This document shows positions 39,231 through 50,393 of a stretch of DNA of 64,000 nt, piece by piece (the stretch's first letter is position 1; the number at the start of each line of letters is the position of its first letter). The position numbers and the translations under genes are program-made. The DNA is from Candidatus Latescibacterota bacterium. GTDB lineage: Bacteria > Latescibacterota > UBA2968 > UBA8231. A model generated the notes under the pieces. The model saw only the letters and a program-made list of their open reading frames with translations. It was not told where the DNA came from and did no database searches. The stretch spans positions 1 to 64,000 of the forward strand of contig OZ244561.1 of assembly GCA_965217585.1 (NCBI GenBank), written 5' to 3'.

Positions 39231-39845
39231 TTATCGCGCAGGCCCCTGCCAAGGTGGGAAGAGCTGGTGTTCGATCCGCAGTATGTTGCAGATGCGGCCA
39301 GCGATAAAATCGCCCAAATCGTCAAAGGTCTGCGGCTTTTGGTAAAAGGCTGGCATGGCTGGCAGAATGACCGCTCCGGCTTCGGCCGCCGCCGTCATGT
39401 TGCGCAACTGAATCAGATTGAGCGGGGTCTCGCGTACCACCAGCACTAGCGGTCGCTGCTCCTTGAGGCTGACATCGGCCGCTCGCTCAATCAGGCTCGC
39501 AGACGCTCCGCGGGCAATGCTCGACAGCGTCTTGGCCGAGCAAGGCACCACTACCATGCCATCGATGGGCACCGAACCGCTGGCGATGGGGGCGGATAGG
39601 TCGCCGGCGTTGTACTCGCTCAGTTCGCCAGCTTGGGTCTCCTCCCCGTAGCACCGCGTTATAAACGCTCGTAGGCTCTCCTTGTCGGGGCGGAAGCCCA
39701 ACTCTTCGACGAGCAGGTAGCGCCCGTATTTTGACAGGACCAGATGCACTTGGTGTCCGCCGATCAGCAGGGCGCGCAGCAGGCGGCCGGCGTAGAGTGC
39801 GCCACTGGCTCCGGTGATGCCGACGACGATTTGCTTGCCGCTCAC
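39231..39845 (-). CDS. ubiX: Flavin prenyltransferase
   Basis: [35 protein letters not shown]. Confidence 0.93.
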   Translation of the reverse strand: MSGKQIVVGITGASGALYAGRLLRALLIGGHQVHLVLSKYGRYLLVEELGFRPDKESLRAFITRCYGEETQAGELSEYNAGDLSAPIASGSVPIDGMVVVPCSAKTLSSIARGASASLIERAADVSLKEQRPLVLVVRETPLNLIQLRNMTAAAEAGAVILPAMPAFYQKPQTFDDLGDFIAGRICNILRIEHQLFPPWQGPAR

Positions 39846-41824
39846 GACGCCCCCTTTAGCGCCTCGCGGCCCGCTTCGAGCGTGGCGACAATCGCATCCA
39901 CGTCATAGACGCAACCGCCCCAAGTGCCGCCGCCGACGTTTTGCAACGCCGCCCACAGCCTAGTGTCGTCGGGCAACTCCGCTTCGGGTGCCAGGTCTGG
40001 GCGCAAGGTGCGCTCGGCAAGCATCCGCTGGCCTTCCTCTGCGCCGAATTCCGCGCCCGCGCAGCCGACCAAGTCGATGCGCCCGCGCAGGTTGTGGCAG
40101 TCGATTTCAATGGCGATCAAGTCGCCGTCCCGCAGCTTGCCGATTGGCCCGCCAGCCAAGGCCTCCGGGCCGATGTGCCCAATGCAAGGACCGGAGGAAA
40201 ACCCCGAAAACCGCGCGTCCGTAAGCAGCGCCACGCGCTTGCCAATATCCGTGTACTTGAGCGCAATTGTAACCTGCGCCACTTCCTCCATCCCCGTGCC
40301 CATCGGCCCGCAGCTAATCATCACCAGCACGTCGCCCTGCTCGATCTTGCCGTCCTTGATCGCGGCGATGGTGTCGCGTTCGGTGGTAAAAACCTTTGCC
40401 GGCCCCGTGTGCCGATAGACCCCCTGCGCGTCCAGCAACGAAGAGTCGATGGCCGTGCTTTTGACGACCGCGCCCTCGGGCGAGATGTTGCCGACCGGGA
40501 AGCAGGTGGTGCTGGTCAGGCCCTTGGCGCGGGCGCGATCAGCATCCATAATCACGTCGTCTGGATCTACCCCGTCTAGCTTGCGCAGTTCCTCGCGGAA
40601 GCGGTGACGGCGCGGCGCACTCTCCCACCAATCGAGGTTTTCGCCCAGCGTGCGGCCCGTAACCGTCATCACCCCCTCCTCCAACAGCCCTAGGCGGCGC
40701 AGGTGCAACATGACCTCGGGCACTCCGCCGGCCAAAAAGGCGCGCACGGTAACGTGGAACTCCGGGCCGTTGGGCAGCACATCGACCAAGCGCGGCACCT
40801 CGCGGTTGATCCGGTCCCAATCCCCAACCTCCGGCCGCTTCCGCCCGGCCGCATGGGCAATAGCCGGCACATGCAGAATCAAGTTCGTCGAACCACCAAA
40901 GGCCGCGTGGACGACCATCGCGTTGTGCAGCGCCTCATCGGTGACCAACTCCTGCGAGCGAATGTCCGCGGCCTCCAGCGCCATCAGCGCCCGCGCCGAG
41001 CGCACGGCCATATCGCGCCAGACCGCTTCTCCCGAAGGAGCCAGCGCCGAATGCGGCAGCGAAAGCCCCAGCGCCTCGCCCACCACTTGAGCCGTGGCCG
41101 CAGTCCCCAAAAACTGGCATCCACCCCCCGGCGTGGCACAGGCGCGGCAGCCCAGCACCTGAAAGTCGTCAATGTCCATCTCGCCCCGCGCCAGCCGTGA
41201 ACCCGCCGACTGGATCTTGCCCGCGTCCTCGCCTTCTTCCGGCGGTAGGGTCACCCCGCCGGGCACGACAATAACCGGCAGGTCCGGCATACCAGCTAGG
41301 GCAATGAGGACCGCCGGCAATCCCTTGTCGCAGGTGCCCACGCCCATCACGCCTCGCCGCGTCGGCAACGAGCGGATCAAGCGGCGCAGGATCATGGCCG
41401 CGTCGTTGCGGTACGGCAGGCTATCGAACATGCCGGTCGTACCCTGCGTGCGGCCATCGCACGGGTCCGAGCAATAGGCGGCAAAGGGGATGCCACCCCG
41501 GCGGTGGATTTCCTCGGCCGCGGCCTCCATCAACAGGCCAATTTCCCAGTGGCCGGTGTGGTAGCCCAGCGCGATCGGCCGGCCATCCGGGGCGCGGATG
41601 CCGCCCTGTGTGCTGACGATGAGGAACTCACCCCGGCCCAGCTCGTCGGGGTTCCAGCCCATCCCCGCGTTCTGACTATAGCCAAAGATGTGGCCGCTCG
41701 GCGCTTCGACGACCTGCTCTATGGTCAGCGGCAGCTTGCCACTCGGGCCGGGAGCGCGGGTGCGGATCTGGTAAATCGCATCATCGGTCTCGCCGACGAT
41801 TTCTGCAAAGGAATCAGTACTCAT
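39842..41824 (-). CDS. YjhG/YagF family D-xylonate dehydratase (IlvD/Edd family)
   Basis: [39 protein letters not shown]. Confidence 0.88.
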   Translation of the reverse strand: MSTDSFAEIVGETDDAIYQIRTRAPGPSGKLPLTIEQVVEAPSGHIFGYSQNAGMGWNPDELGRGEFLIVSTQGGIRAPDGRPIALGYHTGHWEIGLLMEAAAEEIHRRGGIPFAAYCSDPCDGRTQGTTGMFDSLPYRNDAAMILRRLIRSLPTRRGVMGVGTCDKGLPAVLIALAGMPDLPVIVVPGGVTLPPEEGEDAGKIQSAGSRLARGEMDIDDFQVLGCRACATPGGGCQFLGTAATAQVVGEALGLSLPHSALAPSGEAVWRDMAVRSARALMALEAADIRSQELVTDEALHNAMVVHAAFGGSTNLILHVPAIAHAAGRKRPEVGDWDRINREVPRLVDVLPNGPEFHVTVRAFLAGGVPEVMLHLRRLGLLEEGVMTVTGRTLGENLDWWESAPRRHRFREELRKLDGVDPDDVIMDADRARAKGLTSTTCFPVGNISPEGAVVKSTAIDSSLLDAQGVYRHTGPAKVFTTERDTIAAIKDGKIEQGDVLVMISCGPMGTGMEEVAQVTIALKYTDIGKRVALLTDARFSGFSSGPCIGHIGPEALAGGPIGKLRDGDLIAIEIDCHNLRGRIDLVGCAGAEFGAEEGQRMLAERTLRPDLAPEAELPDDTRLWAALQNVGGGTWGGCVYDVDAIVATLEAGREALKGAS

Positions 41825-41852
41825 GCTGCCTCGTTATCTTTCTAGTTCAGTC

Positions 41853-42863
41853 CTACCAACCCTCTTCACGGACTTGGATTTTCTTTAGCAGAGGACGCCA
41901 CCAAGCTTCGTTGTCGCGGTACCAGTGGACTGTATCGCGGAAGCTCTGGGCGAAATCGACTTGCGGTTCCCAACCTAGTTGGGTGCGGATTTTGGTCGAA
42001 TCGAGCAGGTAGCGGCGGTCGTGCCCGGGCCGATCATCCACGTAGGTTTTGTGCGCGGTGTCCAGCCCCAAGGCGTCGAGGATCAGGTCGGCAATGGTTT
42101 CGACGTCTTTTTCAATGCCGCTGCCAACGTTGTACGTATGGCCAATCTCGCCTTTTTTTAGCACTAGGTCGATGGCCCGGCAATGGTCATCGACGTGGAG
42201 CCATTCGCGGCGGTTCTGGCTCGACTTGTACAGCGGCATCTTCTGGCCGGTGAGCAGGCGGACGACGAAGAAGGGGATGACTTTTTCCGGGAATTGATAG
42301 GGGCCGAAGTTGTTGGAGCAGTTCGACAGCGTCACGGGCAAGCCAAAGGTGTGGCCATAAGCGCGCACGGCCAAGTCGGCCGCAGCCTTGGCCGCGTTGT
42401 ACGGAGTGCGCGGCCGATAGGGCGATTCCTCGCTGAAGGTCTCGTCCGCGTCGAGGGCCAGATCGCCGTACACTTCGCAGGTGGAAATGTGGTGGAAGCG
42501 CGGCACTTGGGCATCGGCCGCGGCCTGCAACAGCTTTTGCGTCCCCACTACATTGGTCTGGAAAAAGGCCGAGGGATTGACAATGGCCAGGCTGTTGTGC
42601 GATTCCGCGGCAAAGTTGACCACGTAGTCGGGGCGGTGGATCTCGAATAGGTGACGGGTCAGATCGGCATTCTGAATATCGCCGCGGACAAAGGTATAGC
42701 GGTCGCCATAGCTTGCTTCCACGTCCTTGAGGCTGGCCAAGTTGCCGGCGTAGGTGAGCAGATCGTAGTTGACAATGCGGTCGTCGGGATAGGTCGATAG
42801 CCAGTAGCGAATGAAATTGGAGCCGATGAAACCGGCACCGCCGGTGACGAACAAAGTGGTCAT
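41853..42863 (-). CDS. rfbB: dTDP-glucose 4,6-dehydratase
   Basis: TGGAGFIGSNF, FAAESH, PYNAAKA, DRPGHDRRY; ATG 42863. Confidence 0.92.
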   Translation of the reverse strand: MTTLFVTGGAGFIGSNFIRYWLSTYPDDRIVNYDLLTYAGNLASLKDVEASYGDRYTFVRGDIQNADLTRHLFEIHRPDYVVNFAAESHNSLAIVNPSAFFQTNVVGTQKLLQAAADAQVPRFHHISTCEVYGDLALDADETFSEESPYRPRTPYNAAKAAADLAVRAYGHTFGLPVTLSNCSNNFGPYQFPEKVIPFFVVRLLTGQKMPLYKSSQNRREWLHVDDHCRAIDLVLKKGEIGHTYNVGSGIEKDVETIADLILDALGLDTAHKTYVDDRPGHDRRYLLDSTKIRTQLGWEPQVDFAQSFRDTVHWYRDNEAWWRPLLKKIQVREEGW

Positions 42864-43074
42864 GGATTCTGTTAGTTCAAGGTGAATGAGTCGGCGGGAG
42901 CAAGGACAGGTCAGGAGGCCGACGGTCAGTGATAATCTACTATTACTATAACAAGGCGGACAACTCGGCACGGATTTTATCGCGGATATTGCTGCTCATC
43001 ATTCGTTCGTCCTATCTGCGGCCTTCTCGCCCTTTGCCCATCATTTCAGTAAATACCCTCATTAATACCCTTAT

Positions 43075-44130
43075 TCAAGCGTTACTACCCTTATTCCCGA
43101 GAAAACGCCAGCGCGCACCCGGGCCTCGGCCGCTGCAAGCTACATCACCGGATTTCTTTAGCTCCGCTAAGAGGGTGCGAATCCATTCGCGGCCGACGCC
43201 GGGGCAGGCGTGTTCTAGGTCGCTCAGGCGGAATTCGCCCGGTTGGGCGCGGATGGCGGCGAGCACCCGCTCAGACTTGGCACCCCGTGGGGCCTTGATC
43301 TGACCAGCGCGTTCCTCCAATTCGACGTAAGCACGGCGGATGATCGCAAAGAGGAAGTTGAACCAAGGCGTCAGTTCGTGTTTGCCGTCGTGCCAGCGCT
43401 GTGAACTGAGCCGGAGGCATTCGTAGTAGTCCTCCCGGGATTCCTCAATGAGGCGTTCCAAGCTGATGTAGCGACCGACCTCGTAGCCGTGCTGGTAGAG
43501 CGCCAACAGGGTGAGCAGCCGGGACACGCGGCCGTTGCCGTCCCGGAAAGGGTGGATGCAAAGGAAATCCAAGACGAGGGCGGCGATGGCGATGAGCGGC
43601 GGGATATTCTCCTGGTCGAGGCCGTGCTGATAATGCTGGCAGAGTTCTTCTACAGCCGCCGGGGTCTCCGCAACCTTCACGCAGCGGAACCGAACCACCG
43701 GGGCCTGTCCGGGCAAGAATTCCACGATGTCGTTATCGACTCGTTTGAATTCGTCGCCGCTGGCGGACTGGCAAAGGGCATGTAGGCGTTGCAAGGTGTC
43801 TGGTGTGATAGAAAGAGCGGCGTAATCGGAGTGAATCTCGTTCAAGGCGCGGCGATAGTCCTGAATCTCCTGCTCGGAGCGGTCACGAGGTTTCGCTTGG
43901 CCGAGCACCAGCGGGTAAAGGCGGGCTTGGGCGACCGTTACACCTTCAATGCGGTTGGAGGATTCAGCGCTCTGAATGACAGCCGTGTCGCGGAGCGCTT
44001 TGAGGGCTTGCGGCGACTGGCGTGTGAATAGCTCCTGTTTGCCCCTCGACTCGGCGATATCGTTGAGCAGCCACACCGTGCTCAGAGGTGTTTCGTGGTC
44101 GCGTAGGCGGTTGTTGCGGAACGAGTTCAT
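43075..44130 (-). CDS. Fic family protein (class II-like) with probable C-terminal HTH
   Basis: HPFRDGNGRVSR Fic motif; N-terminal inhibitory-type SSNRIEG. Confidence 0.9.
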   Translation of the reverse strand: MNSFRNNRLRDHETPLSTVWLLNDIAESRGKQELFTRQSPQALKALRDTAVIQSAESSNRIEGVTVAQARLYPLVLGQAKPRDRSEQEIQDYRRALNEIHSDYAALSITPDTLQRLHALCQSASGDEFKRVDNDIVEFLPGQAPVVRFRCVKVAETPAAVEELCQHYQHGLDQENIPPLIAIAALVLDFLCIHPFRDGNGRVSRLLTLLALYQHGYEVGRYISLERLIEESREDYYECLRLSSQRWHDGKHELTPWFNFLFAIIRRAYVELEERAGQIKAPRGAKSERVLAAIRAQPGEFRLSDLEHACPGVGREWIRTLLAELKKSGDVACSGRGPGARWRFLGNKGSNA

Positions 44131-44186
44131 TTTGAGAAGGCTTTAGGTTTGGAGGAAATTCAACAATCTACACCGGTGAGTACCAG

Positions 44187-44654
44187 CTAACCGGGCAGTC
44201 TACTTACATCTCGTAATTTATGATCCCGTTTATTATTGAAGAATCGCTGTTCTTCAGGCCTAACGTATCGCCAAGACTGAGGGACGACGAAATTCGGGAA
44301 TTGTTTCCTTAGCGTGTTCAGATCAATCGGATTCTTGTATTCCCAGACCTCTGTGATTTCCAAAGCATAAGCAATGGTCCGTCCCTCATAGTAAGCATCG
44401 AAATCTCGTTTATCTATACCCACAAATTCAGACACATTGTTCCAGACTTCCTCGGGTGATCCACTCCACACTTGTCCAACGCGAAAACCGCCACGGAGTT
44501 GCCTGACTGGGCTTGAGACGTAGATAAACACGTCGCGGTTTTCTATATAAGGAGTGATACGTCTCCTTAGTTCAGCCTCTTTGAGTTTTTCAAAAACCAA
44601 GTCTGCATAGCAGGGTTTAAAAGAAAAAAGTAAAGGTGCCATTGTCGCGTTCAT
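44187..44654 (-). CDS. ASCH-domain protein
   Basis: SFKPCYADLVF..K.AELRR, IYVSSPV, PQSWRY. Confidence 0.8.
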   Translation of the reverse strand: MNATMAPLLFSFKPCYADLVFEKLKEAELRRRITPYIENRDVFIYVSSPVRQLRGGFRVGQVWSGSPEEVWNNVSEFVGIDKRDFDAYYEGRTIAYALEITEVWEYKNPIDLNTLRKQFPNFVVPQSWRYVRPEEQRFFNNKRDHKLRDVSRLPG

Positions 44655-44656
44655 GA

Positions 44657-46669
44657 CTAATCTGGGAATCCCAACCGAAATAGTTTCTGGAATGTTTTCA
44701 TTGGCACTTTGGAAGGAGATTGCAGTGTTAGCCCAACTCTATCTTCCTTAAAGACACCTCGTAGTTCATCCAACGAAATCGGTTTTCTAAAAAGGAAAGT
44801 ATGTGAAAATTTTAGTGCCATAATTTCTTTTGATAGATCACCATCACATAGGTCATAAATATCTTTCCATTCCAGTATCCCAAATTTTTTGAATTTTCCG
44901 AAAAGCACTTTTGGGGTGTCTATCTCAACAGTGTCAAGATGGGATATAGCTATTATTTTTTTTATATCTCCGCTGACGTACCACAGAATTCGGGCAGGAG
45001 GTTTGAGCATTCTATGACAAGTTTTACTACTTCGATAATACACGTTATCCCAACGCAACAATACACTCTTTTTACCTCCAAAGAGATCGTTGGCTGATTG
45101 GTATCTATCAAAGAGGCTGATAGCATAGCCTGGACGGATTGGTATTAAAAAATGATCTTGGTCCGCTGCCAAGCCCAAAGGTGAGCAATGCCGTTCAATA
45201 TCTAGAGGCGACATACTCTGATAATTACTCGACGATTCAGGAGATAGCCTAGAAATTTCACCTAATACCTCTCTATGTTTAAGGCAACGAGAAAAGCAAA
45301 ATTTCACGAAACTGTCATTATACTTTGTAAAACCCACCTCTAAGAGGTCCGCCACCAATCTGGTGACGATAGCTGTTCTATCGAATTTCACTATGTCAAT
45401 GTTCTCTTTCACAGCTTTGTAAACGGTATCCGCGATCAAAAAATGCTCGAATAACAATCGATCATTAGATGACACTACCCTTCCCAAATGTACAGTAAGT
45501 GCGTTACCACTATTGTTTTCAAGAATCCGAATCGCGCATATCTCTCGACCTGACCATAGAAGCTCACACTCATACTGCTTAGGACTTGCAAGGAAATTAT
45601 TCACCCTTTCCCGAAATTTACCTAGTCTTTCCCCTTGGTCTAGAAAGGAGATAAACGGAAAAGATGGGATATCATCGGAGGTCAAGCGACGCCATTCAAG
45701 GCTGAGGCCCGACACGCGGGCTGGCATATAAGATTGTCTTTCGGAGAGCTCGTGAAATTGAATAATCAACTCGGTCGGGGATAACACTTGGATTCTCGTC
45801 ATATCCTCAATTGCATCCGCTTTTTGTAAGAGACGCTGATCTCGAGTAACAAAAAAATTAACGTCAGATGCAGCCGTCCTAGCCAAGTGGCGAATATCGG
45901 ATTTTTCGCGTGGCGTACGATTGGGAAGAATTTTCTTCAGGTGCCCCTCAAAGTGTTCAGCCAATTGTGCGTCGTGTATGATTTTTGGAAATCCATAGGC
46001 TCTGTTTCGGGATTTTTCGCGCTGACTAGAATCGCTATGCCGATCTATTTCGACAAACAGTTCATCGGTGATACAAAGATTGAGGGAACCTATTAAGAAA
46101 TCGGACAGCAAGGCTTTGGATAGCTTTGTTGCATCACTATCCGACCGATCAAAATGGAAGAATATCTGGGCATCAATGACGATATCAATAGCCTCATCTG
46201 ATGTTTTTGTCTGAAAAAGTTCTAACTGGTCATATGGTGCCAGAGTAAGGCACCAAAGCGTCAAGGTGTGTCTAGCTGCGGAACGGCCAGGTTTTTCATT
46301 GATAGGTACGAAGCCCAATTTCGGCCACATGTGATGCGCTGCAAAATCACGTCGGCAATGAAGTTTTATGACCTTCTGAGTAGTGGCAGACGTCTTTAAA
46401 GTGTTAACAAGTCGCCTCACGACACCTCGGCCTTGATATTGTTCCAACACGCAAAGCTGAAAAATACGAAAATAGTTTCGATTGATTCCGTAGAGAAGAT
46501 AACCTATCAGTTGGTCGTCGCCGTTCTTGGCCCCCCAAACACCGCCCTTTTCGAGATAATCACGAAGGGCTTCTCTGGGAAGAAAGCCTAGCGTCCTACG
46601 ATTCCACTTCATCAACTTGTCTACTGCGACAAGGTCAGCAGACGTCAGTTTTGAGATAGTGATACTCAT
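44657..46669 (-). CDS. GNAT acetyltransferase-PIN-(GNAT-like)-PUA/EVE-like multidomain protein
   Basis: GNAT QLCVLEQYQGRGV...WPKLGF; PIN IVIDAQ...SDIRH...FVTRD; C-terminal IPIRPGYA..LF...NVYY...ILWYVS; visibly AT-rich. Confidence 0.75.
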   Translation of the reverse strand: MSITISKLTSADLVAVDKLMKWNRRTLGFLPREALRDYLEKGGVWGAKNGDDQLIGYLLYGINRNYFRIFQLCVLEQYQGRGVVRRLVNTLKTSATTQKVIKLHCRRDFAAHHMWPKLGFVPINEKPGRSAARHTLTLWCLTLAPYDQLELFQTKTSDEAIDIVIDAQIFFHFDRSDSDATKLSKALLSDFLIGSLNLCITDELFVEIDRHSDSSQREKSRNRAYGFPKIIHDAQLAEHFEGHLKKILPNRTPREKSDIRHLARTAASDVNFFVTRDQRLLQKADAIEDMTRIQVLSPTELIIQFHELSERQSYMPARVSGLSLEWRRLTSDDIPSFPFISFLDQGERLGKFRERVNNFLASPKQYECELLWSGREICAIRILENNSGNALTVHLGRVVSSNDRLLFEHFLIADTVYKAVKENIDIVKFDRTAIVTRLVADLLEVGFTKYNDSFVKFCFSRCLKHREVLGEISRLSPESSSNYQSMSPLDIERHCSPLGLAADQDHFLIPIRPGYAISLFDRYQSANDLFGGKKSVLLRWDNVYYRSSKTCHRMLKPPARILWYVSGDIKKIIAISHLDTVEIDTPKVLFGKFKKFGILEWKDIYDLCDGDLSKEIMALKFSHTFLFRKPISLDELRGVFKEDRVGLTLQSPSKVPMKTFQKLFRLGFPD

Positions 46670-49600
46670 GGTTTCCCTTCCACCGTCGAGATTTCTTCCT
46701 CTGTCAGTCCATACAGCGCATACACCAGCCGGTCTATCTCCGCTTCCTGCTTGCCAGTGTCCATCGCCGGATCGTCCGCTTTCGCCGACAAGATACTGTC
46801 CACCAAGCGGATGAACGGGCGTTGCTCTGCGGCGAGGATTTTGGGGATGGGGATGGTTTCCACTGAAATACTAAACCACCGGGTTACGCCCATTCCAGAA
46901 GTAACGGCTGTGTTCCTCATAAACCAGTTTATCAGGTTAGAGTTGAGTATGGCGCATAGAAATTTGATTGACTGCCCGGACACCATATAAACAGTGTTGA
47001 CGCAGAACATTTCACCCTCGTCATACGCAAATCGCCCTTGCTCCGTCAGGTCCATCCAGAACAACTTTTCTTTGGCAAACTCTGCGTGGTAGGCACAATT
47101 ACGGAGATTATACGACGTCCTGCCTTTGTCCTGCCGTTTTTCCAGTCTCGGATAGAACCCGTCCAGATGGCTTTTGATCGCCGGATAGTTGTCAATGTTG
47201 GCAGCGGGAACATTGCCGTAGCCGTTATGCGTGTCAATCAGCCACAAGCCCGCCCATTTTGCCCGGTAACGCTGAATATCCCGCCCACGCAGGATGGGCT
47301 TGATGATTTCAGCAGACTTTGAATCTTCGGCAATCAACGCTTGCCGGGCCACATCGCCAATAATAAAGGCTTCATTGTAGCCTGTCTTGATTCCATAGTT
47401 GATTTTCACCTCCCAATTTTTCAGCGGCGTCCCTTTCACCTTCACCTTATCCATAATGCTGTGTTCGGCGTGCGACAAGATACTCCACGGTTTTTCGCCG
47501 TCCGGGCGTGTTTGTCCCCACAGACTTGCATCAGGCGGGAAGTCTGTGGCGTCCAGTTTGTCCATATCAACGGCATCACATGTGGCGTTGCTACTACCCT
47601 CGCGCACTATCAGGACGCTGGTGTCAACGATGGCGTTTTCAAAAACATCCTTGCCCATTTCCAGCAAGCGCAGCGGCGTATGCCGCTCGGAGAGGTAGCG
47701 ACGCAAGGCTTTGCCGTATTCCGCCTTGAGCCAGCTATTGGAAGTGATGTAAGCCAGCAAGCCTTGAGCCGGTCTCAGCAGCCGACAGCCGCGCTCGTAG
47801 AAAAGCTGGTAAATGTCGCCGGTGCGGGCGAAAGTGGCGTAGCCAGTATCCTTGTAGAGCTTGCCCAGTTCGCCGCCGTTCTTCTGCAATTGAATGTATG
47901 GCGGATTCCCAATCACCACGTCAAACCCGTCGGCGACCCCAAACATATACTCTGTATCGAACCAATCGGCACCGGCATTCTGATCGTAGGGATCCCATTG
48001 GGCAACTTGGTTAGCGGCGGCAGTAGGCATACCAAGTTGGGTCAATTCCTGCGCCAACTCGCCTCGTAGCCGACGGTCCTCATTGAGGCATTTCAGTTTT
48101 GCTTGGCGGTTGGCAGCATGAAAGTGTCGCTCCCGGTTCGCGTGCAATTCGCGCTCTAGCCCTTGCACTTTTTCGCTGCTCAACATGCGCTGACCAAGAC
48201 TCAACAGCGTATTCGCCGCCACAAACCGCGTCTCCAGATTCGGCAGCGGCTTGATGCCGAAGTTCTCCGCCGTCTCGTCGGCTTCTTGTTCAATCGCCAG
48301 CGAAATGAAAAAGCGCAGTTTGGCGATTTGGCAAGCCACCGGCTGAATATCTACGCCAAAGATGCTGTTCTGGATCAGGTAGAGCTTGCGCCCAAAGTCG
48401 CCCGAATACCGCTCAAAGGTCTCGCTGATCTCCAGCAACTCGGCATCGCGCTCTTGCTGATCTTTGGTTTCAAACGCCTCGTCCGCTCGTTGTCTGGCCC
48501 GTTCCTTTTGCAGTGCTTGCCAACGCTGGTTGTCGGGGTCAATCCGCTGCAACGCCAAGGTCAGCTTGTGCAGTATGCCCATTGGAAACGCACCGGAACC
48601 GACCGCCGGGTCCAGCACCTTGATCTCCGCAATCGCCTGTACAATGCCCTCGGCTTCGGCCTCTTCAAAAAGTTCATTGGCGTCGTCGAATGCGTCTTCA
48701 TAATCCAGCAAATAGCGCAACCGCTCTTGCCAGTACGCCGCGTCGCCATCGTCGGGCTGCGCTGTTTCCGCCAGCGTCGCCACCAACGCCTCCTCCACCA
48801 TGTAGTCCACCACAGCGCGGGGCGTGTAGTAGGAGCCGGTTTGCTTGCGCGCCGTCTCGCGGGTCTCTGGGTTGTAGGCCGCCAGCAAATTTTCAAAGAC
48901 CTTGCCGAGCAATTCCGGGTCTAGGGCGACTTCCTGCTCTATGGGCGTGTTTTCCTCCACCGTGAACTTGTAGTGATTGAGTAGAGGAAACAGACCCTGA
49001 TCTTCGTCGAAGAACAGGGCGTCAGGGACGTTCAGTTCCCGCCAAGCATCGCGGCGCGCTTCTGCCGCCCGGGGACCATCGTTTGGGTCCGGATCGCTGA
49101 ACATGTCGACGCGTCTGCCCCCGGCGCTTCTTGATTCTTCATCGTCTAGGCAGTCGAACAGGCCGCCGTTGATGAACGGAGTCTGCTTCATCAGGTCTTC
49201 GAAGCGCTCCGTATCCCGGATGAGTGATTGGTAACGGAAACGTGAAAAGACCCGGTGGCTAGGCTCGGTCCGGGTGCTGAAGCCACGTGCGCCTATCTCG
49301 GTGTTGAGAGTCGCGAAGAAGAGATTCTGCAAAACGGCGCGGTAGTAGTCGGAGCCGCCGAAGTCGTTCAGCAACTCTTCCATTTCGGCGCGAACGAACC
49401 ACTCCTCTCGGACCAGTCCCTTTTCCTTAATGAACCAGACGAACAGGATGCGGGTGATCAACCGGATGACCTGCTGTTCCGCCGACACGGTCGAGGGGAA
49501 CTTCGCTTCCTCTACTGCCTTCTTGAACCAGTCGAATAGCTCGCCGTAGAACCGCCGGTTGAGTTCCTCGGTGTCCAGTTTATCCAACCAAGCAGCCAGC

Positions 49601-50250
49601 AATCCGTCAAAATTGTGTGACTTGTTATGGATGTCTATCCATTCCGAACACTCGGCCAGCGATAGTTCGGCCAAAATGTCCAGATGGGCACGGTGGGGAT
49701 CAGCCGGGTCAATCTCCCGTACCAGCGACACATGGCCCAGCACATCGCGCCCTGGATCGCGCCTGTGCTCGCGGCGATGGACAAAGGACAGGGTGAGCCG
49801 ATGGTCGGCGGTTCTGAACAGAACGACGGTTGGTTGGCTCAGGCGCTTGTTGATCTCCCGGGTGAACTGCGCGTACTGGCCGCGAGTGTAGGTCGTCTCC
49901 TTGAGTCCCACGGCAAAGAAGATAAAGCTCTGTTGCTGTCCCTTGTCGAAGGAATCGGCTTCAAACCCAAGCGTCGGCTGATCGACTGAGGCGATTTCAT
50001 CACTTGTCACCTGAAAGATGATCCGTACGGATCGGACATGCTTGCGGAATGCCTGCCTCGTCTGGGTATTTTGGCTATACGCAGGGAATTCCTGGATAAA
50101 GTCATCCACGCTGCCTGAAAGTTCCTGTGTGCGGTCACTTTGGTATCCGAGGACTTCCAGTAGGTCTTTAGCCGCCGCTAGGAAATCTCTGGCGGGTATG
50201 TCCTTCAGAGCCGATAGAATCTGTTCCTTTGTTTGAGAAACGCTGCTCAT
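46666..50250 (-). CDS. Type IIG/Eco57I-like N6-adenine DNA methyltransferase with C-terminal target recognition domain
   Basis: PFINGGLF, TGSYYTP, LDPAVGSGAF (motif I), VIGNPPY (motif IV), TaqI_C-like C-terminus. Confidence 0.9.
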   Translation of the reverse strand: MSSVSQTKEQILSALKDIPARDFLAAAKDLLEVLGYQSDRTQELSGSVDDFIQEFPAYSQNTQTRQAFRKHVRSVRIIFQVTSDEIASVDQPTLGFEADSFDKGQQQSFIFFAVGLKETTYTRGQYAQFTREINKRLSQPTVVLFRTADHRLTLSFVHRREHRRDPGRDVLGHVSLVREIDPADPHRAHLDILAELSLAECSEWIDIHNKSHNFDGLLAAWLDKLDTEELNRRFYGELFDWFKKAVEEAKFPSTVSAEQQVIRLITRILFVWFIKEKGLVREEWFVRAEMEELLNDFGGSDYYRAVLQNLFFATLNTEIGARGFSTRTEPSHRVFSRFRYQSLIRDTERFEDLMKQTPFINGGLFDCLDDEESRSAGGRRVDMFSDPDPNDGPRAAEARRDAWRELNVPDALFFDEDQGLFPLLNHYKFTVEENTPIEQEVALDPELLGKVFENLLAAYNPETRETARKQTGSYYTPRAVVDYMVEEALVATLAETAQPDDGDAAYWQERLRYLLDYEDAFDDANELFEEAEAEGIVQAIAEIKVLDPAVGSGAFPMGILHKLTLALQRIDPDNQRWQALQKERARQRADEAFETKDQQERDAELLEISETFERYSGDFGRKLYLIQNSIFGVDIQPVACQIAKLRFFISLAIEQEADETAENFGIKPLPNLETRFVAANTLLSLGQRMLSSEKVQGLERELHANRERHFHAANRQAKLKCLNEDRRLRGELAQELTQLGMPTAAANQVAQWDPYDQNAGADWFDTEYMFGVADGFDVVIGNPPYIQLQKNGGELGKLYKDTGYATFARTGDIYQLFYERGCRLLRPAQGLLAYITSNSWLKAEYGKALRRYLSERHTPLRLLEMGKDVFENAIVDTSVLIVREGSSNATCDAVDMDKLDATDFPPDASLWGQTRPDGEKPWSILSHAEHSIMDKVKVKGTPLKNWEVKINYGIKTGYNEAFIIGDVARQALIAEDSKSAEIIKPILRGRDIQRYRAKWAGLWLIDTHNGYGNVPAANIDNYPAIKSHLDGFYPRLEKRQDKGRTSYNLRNCAYHAEFAKEKLFWMDLTEQGRFAYDEGEMFCVNTVYMVSGQSIKFLCAILNSNLINWFMRNTAVTSGMGVTRWFSISVETIPIPKILAAEQRPFIRLVDSILSAKADDPAMDTGKQEAEIDRLVYALYGLTEEEISTVEGKP

Positions 50251-50393
50251 TGGACCTGCTCCAGAGAATTATACACTGCCATATTTCCGCTCCCATCAAT
50301 AAGTAAACTATATAATTCATCTCAGCCGCATGGCTATCCTCGAATCGGAAAGTCACTCGCCAATTGCAGCATTCAACAGTTTGTCTTAATAGG

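Noticed and set aside
43052-43095. Short repeats TACCCT(C/T)ATT at the end of the Fic gene
   Set aside because: Three 10-bp copies with irregular spacing; no matching copy seen at the other island end, so not supportable as an att site
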